NCBI RefSeq assembly: GCF_038025025.1
Contig: NW_027117346.1
Span: 1,426,001 to 1,490,000, forward strand
Direction: 5' to 3'
Source of the DNA: Phyllosticta citribraziliensis
Taxonomy: Eukaryota
Length of the DNA stretch: 64,000 nucleotides
Under the pieces are notes generated by a model. It made no database searches. It saw only the letters and a program-made list of their open reading frames with translations, and had not been told where the DNA came from. Below are positions 1-12,883 of this stretch, piece after piece. Position numbers and translations under genes: made by a program. How positions within the stretch are numbered: the first letter of the stretch is position 1; each line of letters begins with the position of its first letter.

Positions 1-601
1 GAGCGATGACGACACCGGCTCTCGAAACCGCACGTCGGGGGAGCGTCAATCGAGGGCGTCGAGAACAACGAGGGCTCGTTTGGTCGGCAAGGCAGCGTGC
101 GGGATCGGTATTGCAGGCGAGCAGGCGAGGGCTTTCGAGTGATTGCTAGGAAAACTGACGAGGTGAAGACGACGAACGGAGACTGGAGGCTGGGAAGTGG
201 AGAGATGTCGGCGCAAGGGTCGAGGTCGAGGTCGATGTCTGGACGACCTGAGTCGGTTGGCAGTGCACGGACCCGCAAAGCTACCTACGGCAAGTGCGCT
301 CACTGCGTCGGCGTCGGAGGGCAGCTAGCACCACAGCACTCCCTCTCTCCACGCTCCACCAACGCTGCGCGTCTCTTTGCTGCGTGCTCCGACTCTATTC
401 GCCTTCCCTATCCCCCAATCCTCTCATCGCTCAGTCTTCAATCGCCATCTGTCCTGTCCCTCTTTGACAGCGCCGACCCTGGCACCTCCAACGACACCCG
501 ACACATCTGGTCAACAACACTCGGCACGCCAATACCACATCCCTCTGCATGACCGCCCCGGATCCACTTGATTCTCGCACAACTTGATCTCGCGGCGCGC
601 G

Positions 602-3258
602 ATGGCCTGGCAGTCTCCGTCCGCGATGAGCAATGGGGGCCCTGGCGGCGAGGCCACTGGGCCCGTCGGCACAGAGTATACGTTACAGGGTACGTCTTCA
701 CTCGCCACCCCTAGCTTCCCTGGCAGTCTTTCTGTCTACTGTAGCCGGTACTGACTGATTCTGCAGGCGTGATGCGCTTCCTCCAGCTCGAATGGCACAA
801 TCACGAAAGAGCCCGCAACGCATGGGACATTGAGCGCGCCGAGATGAAGGCAAAGATTGCAAAGCAGGAGGGTGAGGTTAGGAGCGCCAAGAAGCTCAAC
901 GAGCAGCTGGAGAAGCATGTTCGCATGCTGGAAAATGCATTGAAGAACGAGAGGGCCAAGAACAAGGGTGTGGAAAAGCAGTCTGAACAGGACAAGGCCG
1001 ATGCAAAGGGCAAGGAGCGTTTGAGCGCCGATCCCAAGAGAATCGGTAAGTTTTGAATGTTGCGTGTTTGATGTAGGCTGACGGTTAAGCCCTCGGCAAA
1101 GGCCACAACTCGTTTCTCGACATTGAACCGGAATCTCAAGAGCAATCCGAGGCCGAACGAGAGGCACAGCGCGACAGGGCGAGGCACTATCTCACGAAAT
1201 GCGTCGAGGAAATATCCTACCTTCTCCAGCCTCCGGCCCATCCTCCACCTACCCAAGCTCAGCTTCAGTCTTTAAACCAAAATGCGTTCATGAGCCAGGA
1301 TCCTTCGATGCCTCTCGAAGAGGCGTACCTGCACCAGCAGCGACAAAAGGCTCATCAATCGGGCATGGGATTGCCCCAGCAAGCGCCGATCCCCAATCAT
1401 CAGCCGCCACCTGTGCCATCCGTTGCCGACATGTCCAATTATTCGCATGGTCCCCAGATGCCCCAGCAAGCTCCATACATGTCGCGGGAGCCTGCCAGCT
1501 CACAGTCCATGCAGCCAATGCAGATGCACGAAGCCGGCCAGCCACCCCACGAGACCGACCCAAACTTTGCGCTTCCCGAGGAAGAGGTTGAAAAGGTCAC
1601 GCACAGTTATGACGCGTACGGTCGACCTGTGCCGGCTAGAGAAAGCGAACCAGCAGCGAGAGGCTCGATGACGGACGACTATGAGGGGTGGAATTTTGAT
1701 GAGACGGCACCCCCGCCCGAGCCGCCACCAGAGATTCCGCCACCGCGCCGCCCCGACACGGACGCTTTCCCGAGCGCAAACAGCATACCCGCAAAGTCGC
1801 CGCCTCGCGGCGGTCCACACTCGCATAGGCGCAAGAGCTCTGGAGCGACGGCCATGTCGCGGAGGAGGAGCCAAGGTCAAGAGTCGAGCGAAAATGCGAG
1901 CGCACCTGGCGCCAAGACGGATCTTCAGCAATTCAAGGTTCGGTATGCGCTTCGAGGGCACTTGGACGTTGTCCGTTCCGTGATTTTTACCGGTGGAGGC
2001 ACACCTTCAGAGCCAGAGATTTGCACGGCTGGCGACGACGGCACCATCAAGAGATGGATCATCCCAGCCAGCTACGGCGCAGGACAACACGGCGGGCTGG
2101 GCGGCGACATTGACATTCAGAGCTATTTTACGCATCGGGGGCACGAAGGCGTCGTCACATCGCTGGCGGCGTCGAACGCCAACTTTTCGACTGGGGGACG
2201 GGCAACGGGCGACGGGTGGATCTTCTCGGGTGGCCAAGACGCTACCGTCAGGGTCTGGGAACGCGGACGGGTCGATCCGAAGGCGACCCTGGATGGCCAC
2301 ACGGACGCTGTTTGGGCCGTGTGCGTGCTGCCAACCACTTGCGGCCAACTCTTTGGCCAGAACAGCAGCAACTTTGGCGGCCCCGACCGTGTCTTGCTCG
2401 CCTCTGGATCTGCCGATGGTACCATCAAAATCTGGGCCGTCAGTGCCCCGCCGCAGCTCGTCTCTCCGTCGAGTGGTTCGAGACGCGGCGTCGGTGGCAG
2501 CCGCAGGCACTCGGTCACCTCTGGTTCAAACTTTCCATCGTCACCCCAACCCAGCATTGCCACTTCGACACCGTTTCACCACACCTTGATCCACTCGATT
2601 GAACGGGCCGGCGCCCCTTCACCAACATGCATCACGCCGCTATCAAAGACGGGCGAGACGATTGTTGTATCATTCACGGACTCTTCCATTCTCATTTTCG
2701 ACACGCGAACCGGCGAAGAAATTATTGGCATGGCCAGCGGTGAGACCTATGACGGCACGACCCAGACGGGCATCAATGCCATTGTGGCGTCGCCTTCGAT
2801 AGAATCGCCCGCACACCAAGAGGTAGGACGCTCGAGCGACGACGACGGAGGTCTCCACGGCGCGACGGGATCGGCGGGAGGAGTCGAGGGTGTGGTTATC
2901 AGTGGGCACGAAGACCGCTTCATCCGCTTCTTCGATGCCAACAGTGGTAAGTCTCGGTTTGACATGGAAGCGTACGCAGGCTAACAATTCAGGACAATGC
3001 ACTTACTCGATGCTGGCCCATCCCGCCGCCATTTCTGCCCTCCACCTCTCCCCCGACGGACGCGAAGCCGTATCCGCCGGCCACGACGCCTCGATCCGAT
3101 TCTGGTCGCTCGAAAAGAGAATCTGCACTCAGGAACTCACAAGCCACCGCATCATGCGCGGCGAGGGTATTTGCAGCGTCGTCTGGAGTCAAGACTCGCG
3201 CCTCGTAGTGTCGGCCGGTGGCGACGGAGTCGTCAAGGTGTTTGTACGAGCCGCGTGA
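602..3258 (+). CDS. pro11: Striatin (STRIPAK scaffold, PRO11/Far8/StrA family), 4 exons
   Basis: ATG 602; introns 690-766, 1046-1089 and 2947-2992 (GT..AG with branch sites) join the ORFs in frame. N-terminal [15 protein letters not shown] plus coiled coil; C-terminal WD40 repeats ([37 protein letters not shown]). Confidence 0.95.
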
Positions 3259-4275
3259 CGCCCGTGATGTTAAGCATGAAGACGTGGAATGTGTAATAGA
3301 TGAGGGATGACGATTTTTCAAACGACGAGGATGGCCTTGCAAAAGCGCTGCGCTCATGTCATACGCATATTGGGGCATTGGGGAGGAAGAGACGCACAGC
3401 GCGCCGCTCCAATGCGGCCGGTTCGATACCCTCCTCCCTTTCAGTTACGCGAGGAATTTCTGTTGCAAATACCATTTAATTGTCTTTCCTTTCTCAGCCA
3501 CATTGTTGTTGCTCATGTCCCCCTTTTTATTTCTTTTGCCCTGGCATTTCTGGCTTTTGCTGGCATTCATAGGGATGTGGCTGTTGGCGTGTACAGGAAC
3601 ATGTCGATAGAGAACCGTGGCATCGGCGGATTGCTGATGGAGAATCCAAGGCATTCAACTCTGAGCTGACGTGGTGGCATGACCGGTGAGGGGACAAGCC
3701 AAATCTGACTGGCGCAGAACAAGGTGGCAATTGATGTGCATCTGCATTTGTCTCGACGAAAACGGAAGCCACGATGTGCATAGGCGGTTGTTCCCCGCAT
3801 TTTGCTTTCATCCCTTGCTTCCGTCGTGTTTGGGTCGCAAGCCAAGCTGGAATACAAAAAGCTGAAACACCGCCGTCAACCCCAGACAAGACCCTCGCAC
3901 CAGCAAAATTCCGTAATTAGTCGAGGCCCTACAAGCTATATTACAACCCAATCCTTTTTGTGCGACGAGAGACGCCGCCAAGGATGAGGTTGAATTCCAG
4001 AAACTAGAAGAACGTCTGAGCGACTCGAACACGAAGCTGAAGAGCATCCCCATCCAACCGCCATTGACACGTCGTCTTGCTCCTGCAGGAACACACGGCG
4101 GACTCCCGCGTCTGCATGCTTACGCCTGATAAGCCGGGCTGTCCTACTGGCCGTTGACCGGACCTTTGCCACCACCACCTCCACCACGGTACCTCGACCG
4201 CTTTTTAACAACGCCACAACCGTGACCCCGGACTTTCACCACTCCACCTTCTCAACCCAATCGCTTTTGGGAACC

Positions 4276-5848
4276 ATGGCCATCCATCTCTCGTCTGTTT
4301 CAACATATTCCGGAGACGCGGCGGCTGCGGAAGCAAAGGCGATGGGCAAGAATCACGAGCACGATCGCAGAGACTCCAAGGCGGACGAGGCGGACTGGCA
4401 ACACGACTGTCAGCTCCAATCTTCTACTCTCTCACCCGCAAAAGAGGAGGTCTCATCTGCCGCTGCAACCTTCAGATCATGCCCGGATTTCAATGTCGCC
4501 AACTCCGACAGCCCCGCCGCCCGAGCCTACTGGGACGAAGTCCTCGACCTCTGCACGCCCGCGACGCTCATCCACGCGCCATTGGGTTATGACGATGATA
4601 TCGACGGAGGCGAACTTATTGGCCGCTTCATCTACGCCGTCGGCAATGTTGTCGTCAAGACGGGCGTGATGTCAGGAAAAGAAGTGCAAGTCAAAAGGAA
4701 GAATTATGATGGCGTTGATCAGAACGAAGTCGAAGCTGTTGCACTTGTCAAGAAGAAATGTGGCAACGCAGTTCCTGTCGCAGAGATTCTGTTTGCTGGC
4801 AAGGTGTTTCTTCTCCACTTCCTTTGTTTGCTTCGAACAATGGCTAACTGGTGTGCAGCTCCGCGGCTCATCCACTCTCATCCAACGCCGCATTGAAGGA
4901 CCAACCCTCGCAGCTGCATGGCCCTCTCTCACCATTTGCCAAAGAAAGGAGTTGAAGCAGCAAACTCGGCAACTAATTGCCAAGCTCGCCCACCGCGTTG
5001 GCTCTTCACCAACTGGAAAACGCGCTTACCTTATCGATGATTATGCTGCAATCTGGGCACGCAATTTGACACCGGGTGAGCGGCGCGTCATGCTACCGCC
5101 CGCACCACCGTCTAGGCCCTCAGCTGTAAGAGCCAACTCAGGCACCGTGGAGAGCGTCCGGCGGCGCGACTTGTGGGCCACGGAGGGCGAGCAGCAAGAG
5201 GCTGGGCAGGGGCTGCGCAGTAAGAGCTTCAGTGGAGGCAAACGAGATGTATTCACCTCTGGAAACGGCTTTACAACCGATGGATTCACCAGAGGCGATG
5301 TCTTTGCTTCAGGCACTCGCAAGCCTGACATCACAGCCGCTGGTTCTACCACAGGCATTGGTTTCCGGCGTGGTAATGGCTTCACGCGCGGCGATGCATT
5401 CAGCAAGCCGCCGTCACTGAGCATGACGAGCGCCAATACGCCGGCCCGCAGAAGCATCTTTACCAAACCAACCACGCTCTCCCTCGCCGACTCAGCCATC
5501 ATTACTAGCCCACCCTCCTCTGCCGCCGCCTCACCGTCCATCTCGTCACCACGCACAACCACTGAGCGCGACGCTGACGCCATGGCCGCTGACCCTGACA
5601 CATCCTTCACGCACAACGACCTCTCCCCCAGCAACATCATCATATCACCTGACTTCGAGCGTCCAGCCATCCACGCGCTGATTGACTGGGAGCAGGCAGG
5701 GTGGATCGGCGTCAAGACGGCAGGGATGATTCATAGGCGGTGGCGCGCCGACATTGAGGGGGAAGAGGATGCGGGGGAGGGGGGGAAGGTGGGCTGGAAG
5801 GATCTTTATGAGTTTGAGTGGAGAGATGAGGAGCATTCGGGAATGTGA
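4276..5848 (+). CDS. Aminoglycoside-phosphotransferase-like (protein-kinase-like fold) protein, 2 exons
   Basis: Phase-0 intron 4804-4858 joins ORFs 4222 and 4706. VVVK, NEVEA, FTHNDLSPSNII (HxDxxxxN) and ALIDWEQAG motifs present. Start codon uncertain. Confidence 0.75.
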
Positions 5849-6120
5849 TGGGGTGCTGGGTTGTGACGCGCAGGGAGCATTCGTGCGTGGGTGGTGGCGT
5901 GCAGTAGGGTGTGACGCGTAGGGAGCGCTCATGTGCGTGGAGGAGTGCTGGGTCGTCATGTACAGGGAGCAGTCGTGGTGCTGGGCTGAAATGCGCAGGG
6001 AGCATTCATGCGCGTGAAGCAGTGCTGGATGGTGATGTGCGGGAAGCATTCAAGGTGTGGAGGATTACGATGGACTTGGGGCGTTCATGGCCCAAGTGAG
6101 AGCATGGATACGGAGCATTC
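5830..6120. repeat. Degenerate minisatellite, about 8 units of 33-48 bp with a GGAGCATTC-like core
   Basis: Cores near 5830 ggagcattc, 5874 ggagcattc, 5922 ggagcgctc, 5966 ggagcagtc, 5999 ggagcattc, 6043 gaagcattc, 6078 gggcgttc and 6112 ggagcattc, often followed by gtgctgg. Confidence 0.7.
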
Positions 6121-6255
6121 TTCCCAGTTAACACCATTGAAGAGGTGGTAGAGACGGTCAAGACATTATGCATTAAGCATTACCTCAATCTACAACCCCA
6201 AATCCGATCCTATGAATTGAAGAAGAAAAGACTTGCTCGCTGAGTCAAGCAGACC

Positions 6256-7800
6256 CTACAAAGCCAACCCCATCACGCTCACAGCCATGACCAGGGCCAG
6301 AAGCTGACCACCAACCATGACCGAAAGCTGCGTCGCGGCGCCCGTCTGCCTAGCACCGGCCGTCGACGTGGACGTCGCCGTCCCCGTCAGTGTCGAGACA
6401 GCGCTGCCGTTGACCGAGGCCTTGGAGTTCGAGCGCTGGAGGACGATAGACCCATTTACCAGCGGCGCGAGAACAGCATCAAAGGCCGAGAGCTGCTGGC
6501 CAAGACCGGTGAAGGAGCTGATGTCGCCCACATCCCTCTCTTCGCTCAGGTCAAACCAGCGGCCCGTACACAGCTCCGCGCCCTCGCAGCGCTGCTGCGC
6601 CGCGGACGCCGTGCCGGCAATCTTGCTCGCGACGCGCGCCGGGATGTTCATGGCGGCGGGGGCGCTGACGGCGGCCCAGGCGAGCCAGCGCGCGGCGAGA
6701 CCCTTGAAGGCGGTTTGTTCTGAGTTGCAGGTGGCGACGGGCTCGCAGGCGGCTTCGACGAGGACGGAGGCGTTGTTGTTTTTGCTCGTGGCGGGCACGG
6801 CGTTTGGCGATGTCGGGTAGAAGACGTTTTCGATGCCGGAGAGGAGCGTCAGGCTGCGGGTCTGCCAGACGGAGTCGGTCGTAATGTTGGCCATGATGAG
6901 CGCGCCTTCGAGGAGCGCGGCGGGCGTGTGGCTCCATTGCAGATGGTCAAAGTTGGACGAGTCGGAACAGTCGCCTGAGGATGACGGTGAGTACGACGAC
7001 GTCGAGGACGACGACCACGCGGACGTCGTGGACGAGGACAAGGACGAGGAGTAGTCTGTGAGCCCGTCGTACACGAAGCCGTCGGCATCGACCAGGCCAG
7101 TTTTTTCGAGCCAATCGTACGTCATGACCGCCGCGTCAGTGTATGTCGCATTGCCAGTGTAGCGGGCGAGGCGCGCGGACAGCTGGAAAAAGAGCGCAGT
7201 CGACAGGGTATTCTTGTACTCGTAAAGAGTGTCAAACGTGAAGAGCCCCATGCGCAGCCCTCCAGCGGGAGTGCCGCACGAGTTCGCGGTGCTGTTGTCC
7301 CATCGAGCCAAGAGCGACTCGAATGCTGTGATGGAGAGGTCGATGTAGTTTGTGCCATTGATAGATGGAAAACCGCGCTCTGCCGCTGTCACGCCTGCAA
7401 GGGCCCAGATGGCCTGCTCGTCGTTGGTGATCGACGCGGTCTGATTGAGAGGCTGGAATCCAAGATCGCTCTGGGCAATCAGTGCGTTTTCGACGTCGCT
7501 GTTGTATGTCGCATCGCCGGTCAAGAACCAGTAGTTGATGAGAGCATCGTGGGCGCTTCCAGACTCCCACCAAAGCGCGCGTTTGCCGAAGAGACCGACG
7601 CCATATTCTGAATCGTAGAAAGAGAAGAGACCGCTGGCAATTTGTTTGGCAGCGGCAGCCACAGAATCTGCAGTCAGTCAGGAGAGAGAATTTTGGACAT
7701 GTCAGATCAGCTGACCTCTGTTCGTCGGATCGAAGCTAGAAGCACTCGACAAAGTCGCGACAGAAGCCGTCAAAAGGAGTGGAGAAGAGTTGAGCTTCAT
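6256..7800 (-). CDS. GH76 alpha-1,6-mannanase-like (DCW1/DFG5 family), signal peptide and likely GPI anchor, 2 exons
   Basis: ATG 7800 (MKLNSSPLLL...), intron 7668-7715 in frame with ORF 6256-7662. WWESG, TNDEQAIWALA, GGLR, YKNT, LARYTGN and FKG motifs; Ser/Thr tail with hydrophobic C-terminus. Confidence 0.9.
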
Positions 7801-8091
7801 TTCGATATGGATACAACAAAGAAGAAAAATCAAAAGAGAGAATGGCGCCAGAAAACGTGGCAGACGGAGAGATGATATTGGAAGGGGTACATTTCCACGG
7901 TGGATGTGGCTGCAAACAGATGCTTGGCGGGGGCCAAAACGAAGGCAGTAAAATCCTTCGCGCCCAGTAGAAGTGATGGAACCCACCCTTTTCAACACCT
8001 GGCCAGCGCTACACGGAACGAGGGTCGAAACTGGAAACTTGGCCCTCGATGGCGTTCAAAACTCGCCGGAGAAGCAAATGTTGGAAGCTGG

Positions 8092-8109
8092 AAAAAAAAA
8101 AAAAAAAAA
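8092..8109 (+). repeat. Poly(A)18 tract in the GH76 upstream region
   Basis: Run of 18 A read directly. Confidence 0.85.
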
Positions 8110-9656
8110 CGTTGATCCTATTGTCCGCACGGAAGAGGCCGGCGACTTGATAGCGATAGGAAGACGCGAGAGCGTCGAGTGACCTGCCTGTACAGTTGCG
8201 CCTCGCGAGGAGCGGGGTATGCGGTGTTTGACTCTTATATTACTTGACACCCATCACGAAGACAGAGCCGGGTGGAGAGCCGAAGTCGTGAAAGGGGGAG
8301 AAACTTGGACATGTGTTGTTCGATGGTGGCCTTGGCAGCAGAGATGGCGGTCTTGGGCCAGGAGAGAGGTGCAGCTGAGAAGACGGTGGTGGTGAGCGAG
8401 TGGAGGCAGTGCTTTGGTTGGAGTAGAGATGGCGGACGGGACCTGAGGGACCTGAGCGTTGGTTCCATCGCGGAGCCCGGCCGCCCGTCGCCAAACGGCC
8501 CGTGCTTTGATCCGTCCCGAGACCTCGACCGAGACGGCGCCCACGACCGTCCGTCCCTCCCACTCCACCTCGTTCACCACCACTGACCACTCTGCTTCCC
8601 CGCGCCCTAGTTTGCAGATGCAGTCCGCTAGGGCTGTCCATTGAAAACCTCACCGTGCCATGGCCCGTCGCACCGCATGCTGCCGGTGTCTCCGCCGCGT
8701 GACGTTCGCTTCTCGTTCTCGTCGCGCAGCTTTCCGACCCTGTCGGTTGGCCCCCCCGTGCTGCACCTCGTCGACTTGGGACAGAAAAACAAACCGTACG
8801 ACCTTCTCTCAGATCTTGTGGGTCCCTTGACGCGATCTTTTCATAGCCTACAGATCAAGTCAATTGCCCCAGGGGCCCTGGCCGCAGCTCTCCCCTTTTG
8901 GTCTCGACACGAGCTTCTTCCCATCTTTAGACCCTCTTCCTTTCCGTCTGGAGATCGGCCCCGTCCGCTTCGGGCATTTCGACGTCCGGGCGGCCTGACA
9001 AACTGCCCGAGTCTACTGTCCTCGACACCAAGGAACCAACCGGTCAATTTTCGGATCGCCTTCTCTCCGTCCTTGGTGCATTCCAACACACGTACTCCGC
9101 CTGGGATCTCCAATGTCTGCTTTGGGTCACGCTATCTTGTCACTACGCACGCTGCCACCTTGACGGTTGCTGCCTCATCATCTGGCAGGCGCCATAAGCC
9201 GGCCCGCTGGTGTTGTGTAAATCTGGACCTTGACTGTGGGTGACTTGTCAATCGATGACCTCAAGGCTGAATGTCTGGCTTGCTTTTGTCTGGCTGGCAA
9301 CCTCGTTTCGTCACCATTCGAGACATTCACAGGGCAGAGCCTCAAGTTCATGTGCCACGGCATCAGCTCGTGCTCCATCTGGAATCGCCTTCCATGTATT
9401 GCTCATGGAAATGCAGGCGTAGTGCGCGCTAGTGCATGAACATTGCCTAGAGTAGACCACCACGAAAATAGGTTGCCTCTGGCTCATGCTTCTTGCATGA
9501 GAGGTTGCAATCATGACTTTGACGTCGATAAGGTTGGCCACCATGATGCCATTCTTAGTCCGGCTCTCTTACTCTCCGACGACTTTTGATATTTATAAGA
9601 CTTGCCCTGACCTTTTGTTTCAAACAGCGTCCAGCGTTCAGTCTTCATCCGTTAAC

Positions 9657-11819
9657 ATGCATTCTGCCACACTTCTATCTCTGCTCTCTGCTTTTCAATT
9701 CTCAAATGTCAATGCTGCACCAGCTGTTCCTCATTCTCGATCCAGTTCACAACACTCGGCCCCTCTAACATCAACCCTTTCGACCCTTTTGAGGAGGTCT
9801 GATTATCATGGTCCGGCCTTGTTGAGTAGTGGAACTTCCTCACTCGAACCGGCGCTGGACCCAACAAAGAACAATGGAGCCTCCTTATGGGGCACCCTCG
9901 ATGCCCCCACCTATGGAAGATACCTTCCTGCTGGAAGCTCCCGGCGCCGGGACACGCAATCAGACTTGCCCTGGGGCTCCCGTACAGCAAACGGTTCAAA
10001 TCCCTACACGGATATGCCTGACACCGGAGTCACTCGATATTACGAGTTTACTGTCTCGTACTTGAATATCAGCCCCGATGGAGTCGACAAGGCTGGGCTC
10101 GTGATCAATGGCCAGTACCCTGGTCCTTTGATAGAGGCCAATTGGGGTGATTGGATTGAAGTAAAGGTAAGACCAACCAACGTCTTTTGCAACATTACTG
10201 GAACCCCGACTTACTGACCCTGTCCCAGGTCAACAACGCTCTGCCGGACGAAGGAACTGCAATCCACTGGCACGGCCTTTTGCAAAAGGAGACCGGCTGG
10301 GAAGACGGTGTACCAGCCGTTACCCAGTGCCCAATAGCGCCCAACGACACATATGTCTATCGCTTCCAGGCTGACCTGTACGGCACGAGCTTTTATCACA
10401 GTCACTACAGCAGCCAATTCCTAGGCAAGTAGCTTGACAACTCCATCCTGAACGTTCCTGAGCTGACTGAATTCAGGTGGTGCTTTTGGGCCCTTGATTA
10501 TCCATGGACCCAACAATGCAGACTACGATATAGATGTTGGTCCCGTTTTGATCAACGACTGGTACCATTCAGACTACTACGAGTTTGTTGAAGAAGTTAT
10601 GGCGGGTGGGGCGCCAAAGACCAACAACAATCTGATCCAAGGCCGGATGAACTATCCTTGTGCCAACACGACCGCAAAGTGTACTCCCAACGCTGGAATT
10701 TCCAAGTTTGCCTTCCAGACGGGCAAGCGTCACCGCTTGCGGCTGATTAACGGCTCTGGCGAAGGGCTCCAAAAATTCGAGATCGACAACCATACCTTGA
10801 CAGTCATTGCGCAAGACTTTGTCCCAGTTGTCCCGTTCACTGTCGACTACCTCACTCTGGGACCTGGTCAGCGTGCAGACGTCGTTGTAGAAGCCACTTC
10901 CAAGCCCGGCTCTGCCGTTTGGATGAGAAGCCATTTGACCAACGACTGCTCCTTGACTGATTCCGTCTCTCCAGTGGCCGTAGCCGCCATTTACTACGAC
11001 GGGGCAGACACGAACGCGATTCCCGACACAAAGAGCAGCATCACCGAAGATCAACTCAAATATTGCGGCAACGATGACCTCGACAAGAGCGAGCCGCTGT
11101 TCTCCATCACGCCAGATCCCGCACCAGCCGTCACCCTCGATGTTGACATCAAGTTCCAGTGGAACGGAACCAACAATGTGTGGACATTGAACAACCACTC
11201 TTTCCACGGCGATTACAATGCCCCAATACTCCCGGCCGCAGTTGCTGGTCAAACAAGTTTTGCTCCTGAATTGAACGTGTTCAATCTCGACACGAAGTCA
11301 TCGGAATCCGAGGTCCGCGTCACGTTCTACAATCACGCCTCTTTTACCTCTCACCCCATGCATTTGCACGGAAGCGACAGCACCATTTTGTCTATTGGCG
11401 CTGGAGTCCCCGACTACGCTTCTCTCTACGCATCCAACAACACTTCCACTCTCCGCTCCCGATCAAACTCTACACAATCCTCATCTGGCTTCGTCACGTC
11501 ATCAAACCGCGTCAATCCTCCGCGTCGTGATGTGATCGTCCTACCTCCAGCACCAAGCGACGATGTCCCGTCCCATCTCGTCGTCCAGTTCAAGACCGAC
11601 AACCCCGGCGCGTGGGCTTGGCATTGCCACACTGCTGCTCATGTTAGCAACGGGCTCTACATGACTGTCATCCAGCGCCAGGACGAGTTGGTGGCCCGCA
11701 CGAAAGGCCAGGTACCACAGGGCACTCAAGACCTCTGCAAACGCTGGAGTGATTGGTGCACTTTGGGCGAGGGCAACGGCAATAATGGCACCGTCGGGCA
11801 GATTGACTCTGGGCTGTAA
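9657..11819 (+). CDS. Laccase / multicopper oxidase (AA1), secreted, 3 exons
   Basis: Signal peptide [10 protein letters not shown]; copper motifs HWHG, YHSH, HPMHLHG and HCHTAAH; C-terminal DSGL typical of ascomycete laccases. Introns 10167-10228 (GT-AG) and 10425-10476 (GC-AG). Confidence 0.95.
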
Positions 11820-12532
11820 GTGATGTCAAGATGCATCATCTTTCCTTTCATCTCCTCTGTCGTCTTTAGATTTTTTGGGAGGGTGATTTCCTCTCCTGTT
11901 TTTCACAAACGGCGTTTCAGTCGCCCACCTCGCCTGGAGTCTCGGAGAATCTTCCTTGTTTAGCGGCCTCTCTGTATTTGACGACCTGGCGAACATGCAC
12001 GATACCACGAGCGGCTGTTTTTGCATCTTTCACTCTTTCATCCATGCCTTTGGAGGCTGCATAGGTACATGGTACATAATTACTCGTAATCATTAATGTA
12101 ATTTCTGAATGCACTTTGCTTTGGGGTCTCGTTTGTCTTCTCTTCGTCCTCTTTCCTCCTCCGATCAAAAGACCAAGTGTCTTGTCTCGCTGGCTGCCAG
12201 CTTCTGCCCTTCAAATGTCCCACTGTCTTCCGCAGGTTAATGAGCATTCGCGTCCTGCAGCAGCGACAACTCGGGCAGATAGAGAAGTCAAGCTTGGCTC
12301 GCCTGCGGGGGTTCACAGCCGAGCCTCATCTTCAGGAGCCAACATTGGAGACCTGATCCTACACAGTTGGCATGATTCACATCCACGAGACACAGTCCGT
12401 GCCACAATCGCCTTAACCACCCAAATGTCTCGCTCTCCTCCTTCATAACTCCACTCAAACCTGTTTTTCTCCATTTCCAGCAACCATCCCGACACTCCAT
12501 TTTCAAACATCCAGCCCGCAAAATCTCCCCCC

Positions 12533-12883
12533 ATGACACTCACATACTACACCGTCAACAACCTCGAGGCCAGCACAGAGCAGCCAATGTGCATGATCTG
12601 CCTTGATGTACTCTCTGCGGGTGAAAGAGCCGCTAAGCATAGGGGCCCTTGCACGGCCAGAGCACACGCCAAGTGCTTGCATTCTTTCAAAAAGGCTACC
12701 GCACGCAATTGGAATCCCAGGCTCCGCTGCCGTTGTGGTTTACACATTTCTGCAAACTCGATTAAAGGACCCGCAACTCCTTTGCAGGAGCGGGGGCAAC
12801 GCCAACCCGCCTCTCGCAATGCGAGGCTCCCAGAGCCCAGCCTCGCTGAATCGCCGTCGCCTACCTTTCCTCGTTGGGAGTAA
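12533..12883 (+). CDS. Small RING-like zinc-finger protein (possibly a degenerate gene)
   Basis: CMICLD...HRGPC...HAKC...CRCG spacing resembles a RING variant; ATG follows a C/A-rich leader. Confidence 0.4.
   Translation: MTLTYYTVNNLEASTEQPMCMICLDVLSAGERAAKHRGPCTARAHAKCLHSFKKATARNWNPRLRCRCGLHISANSIKGPATPLQERGQRQPASRNARLPEPSLAESPSPTFPRWE

Noticed and set aside
5830..6120. CRISPR-like array
   Set aside because: Fungal context, core only about 9 bp, intervening sequences related to each other, no cas genes.
8240..9440. ORFs of 100-200 aa between GH76 and the laccase
   Set aside because: No recognisable motifs, overlapping low-complexity translations; treated as divergent promoter or relic DNA.
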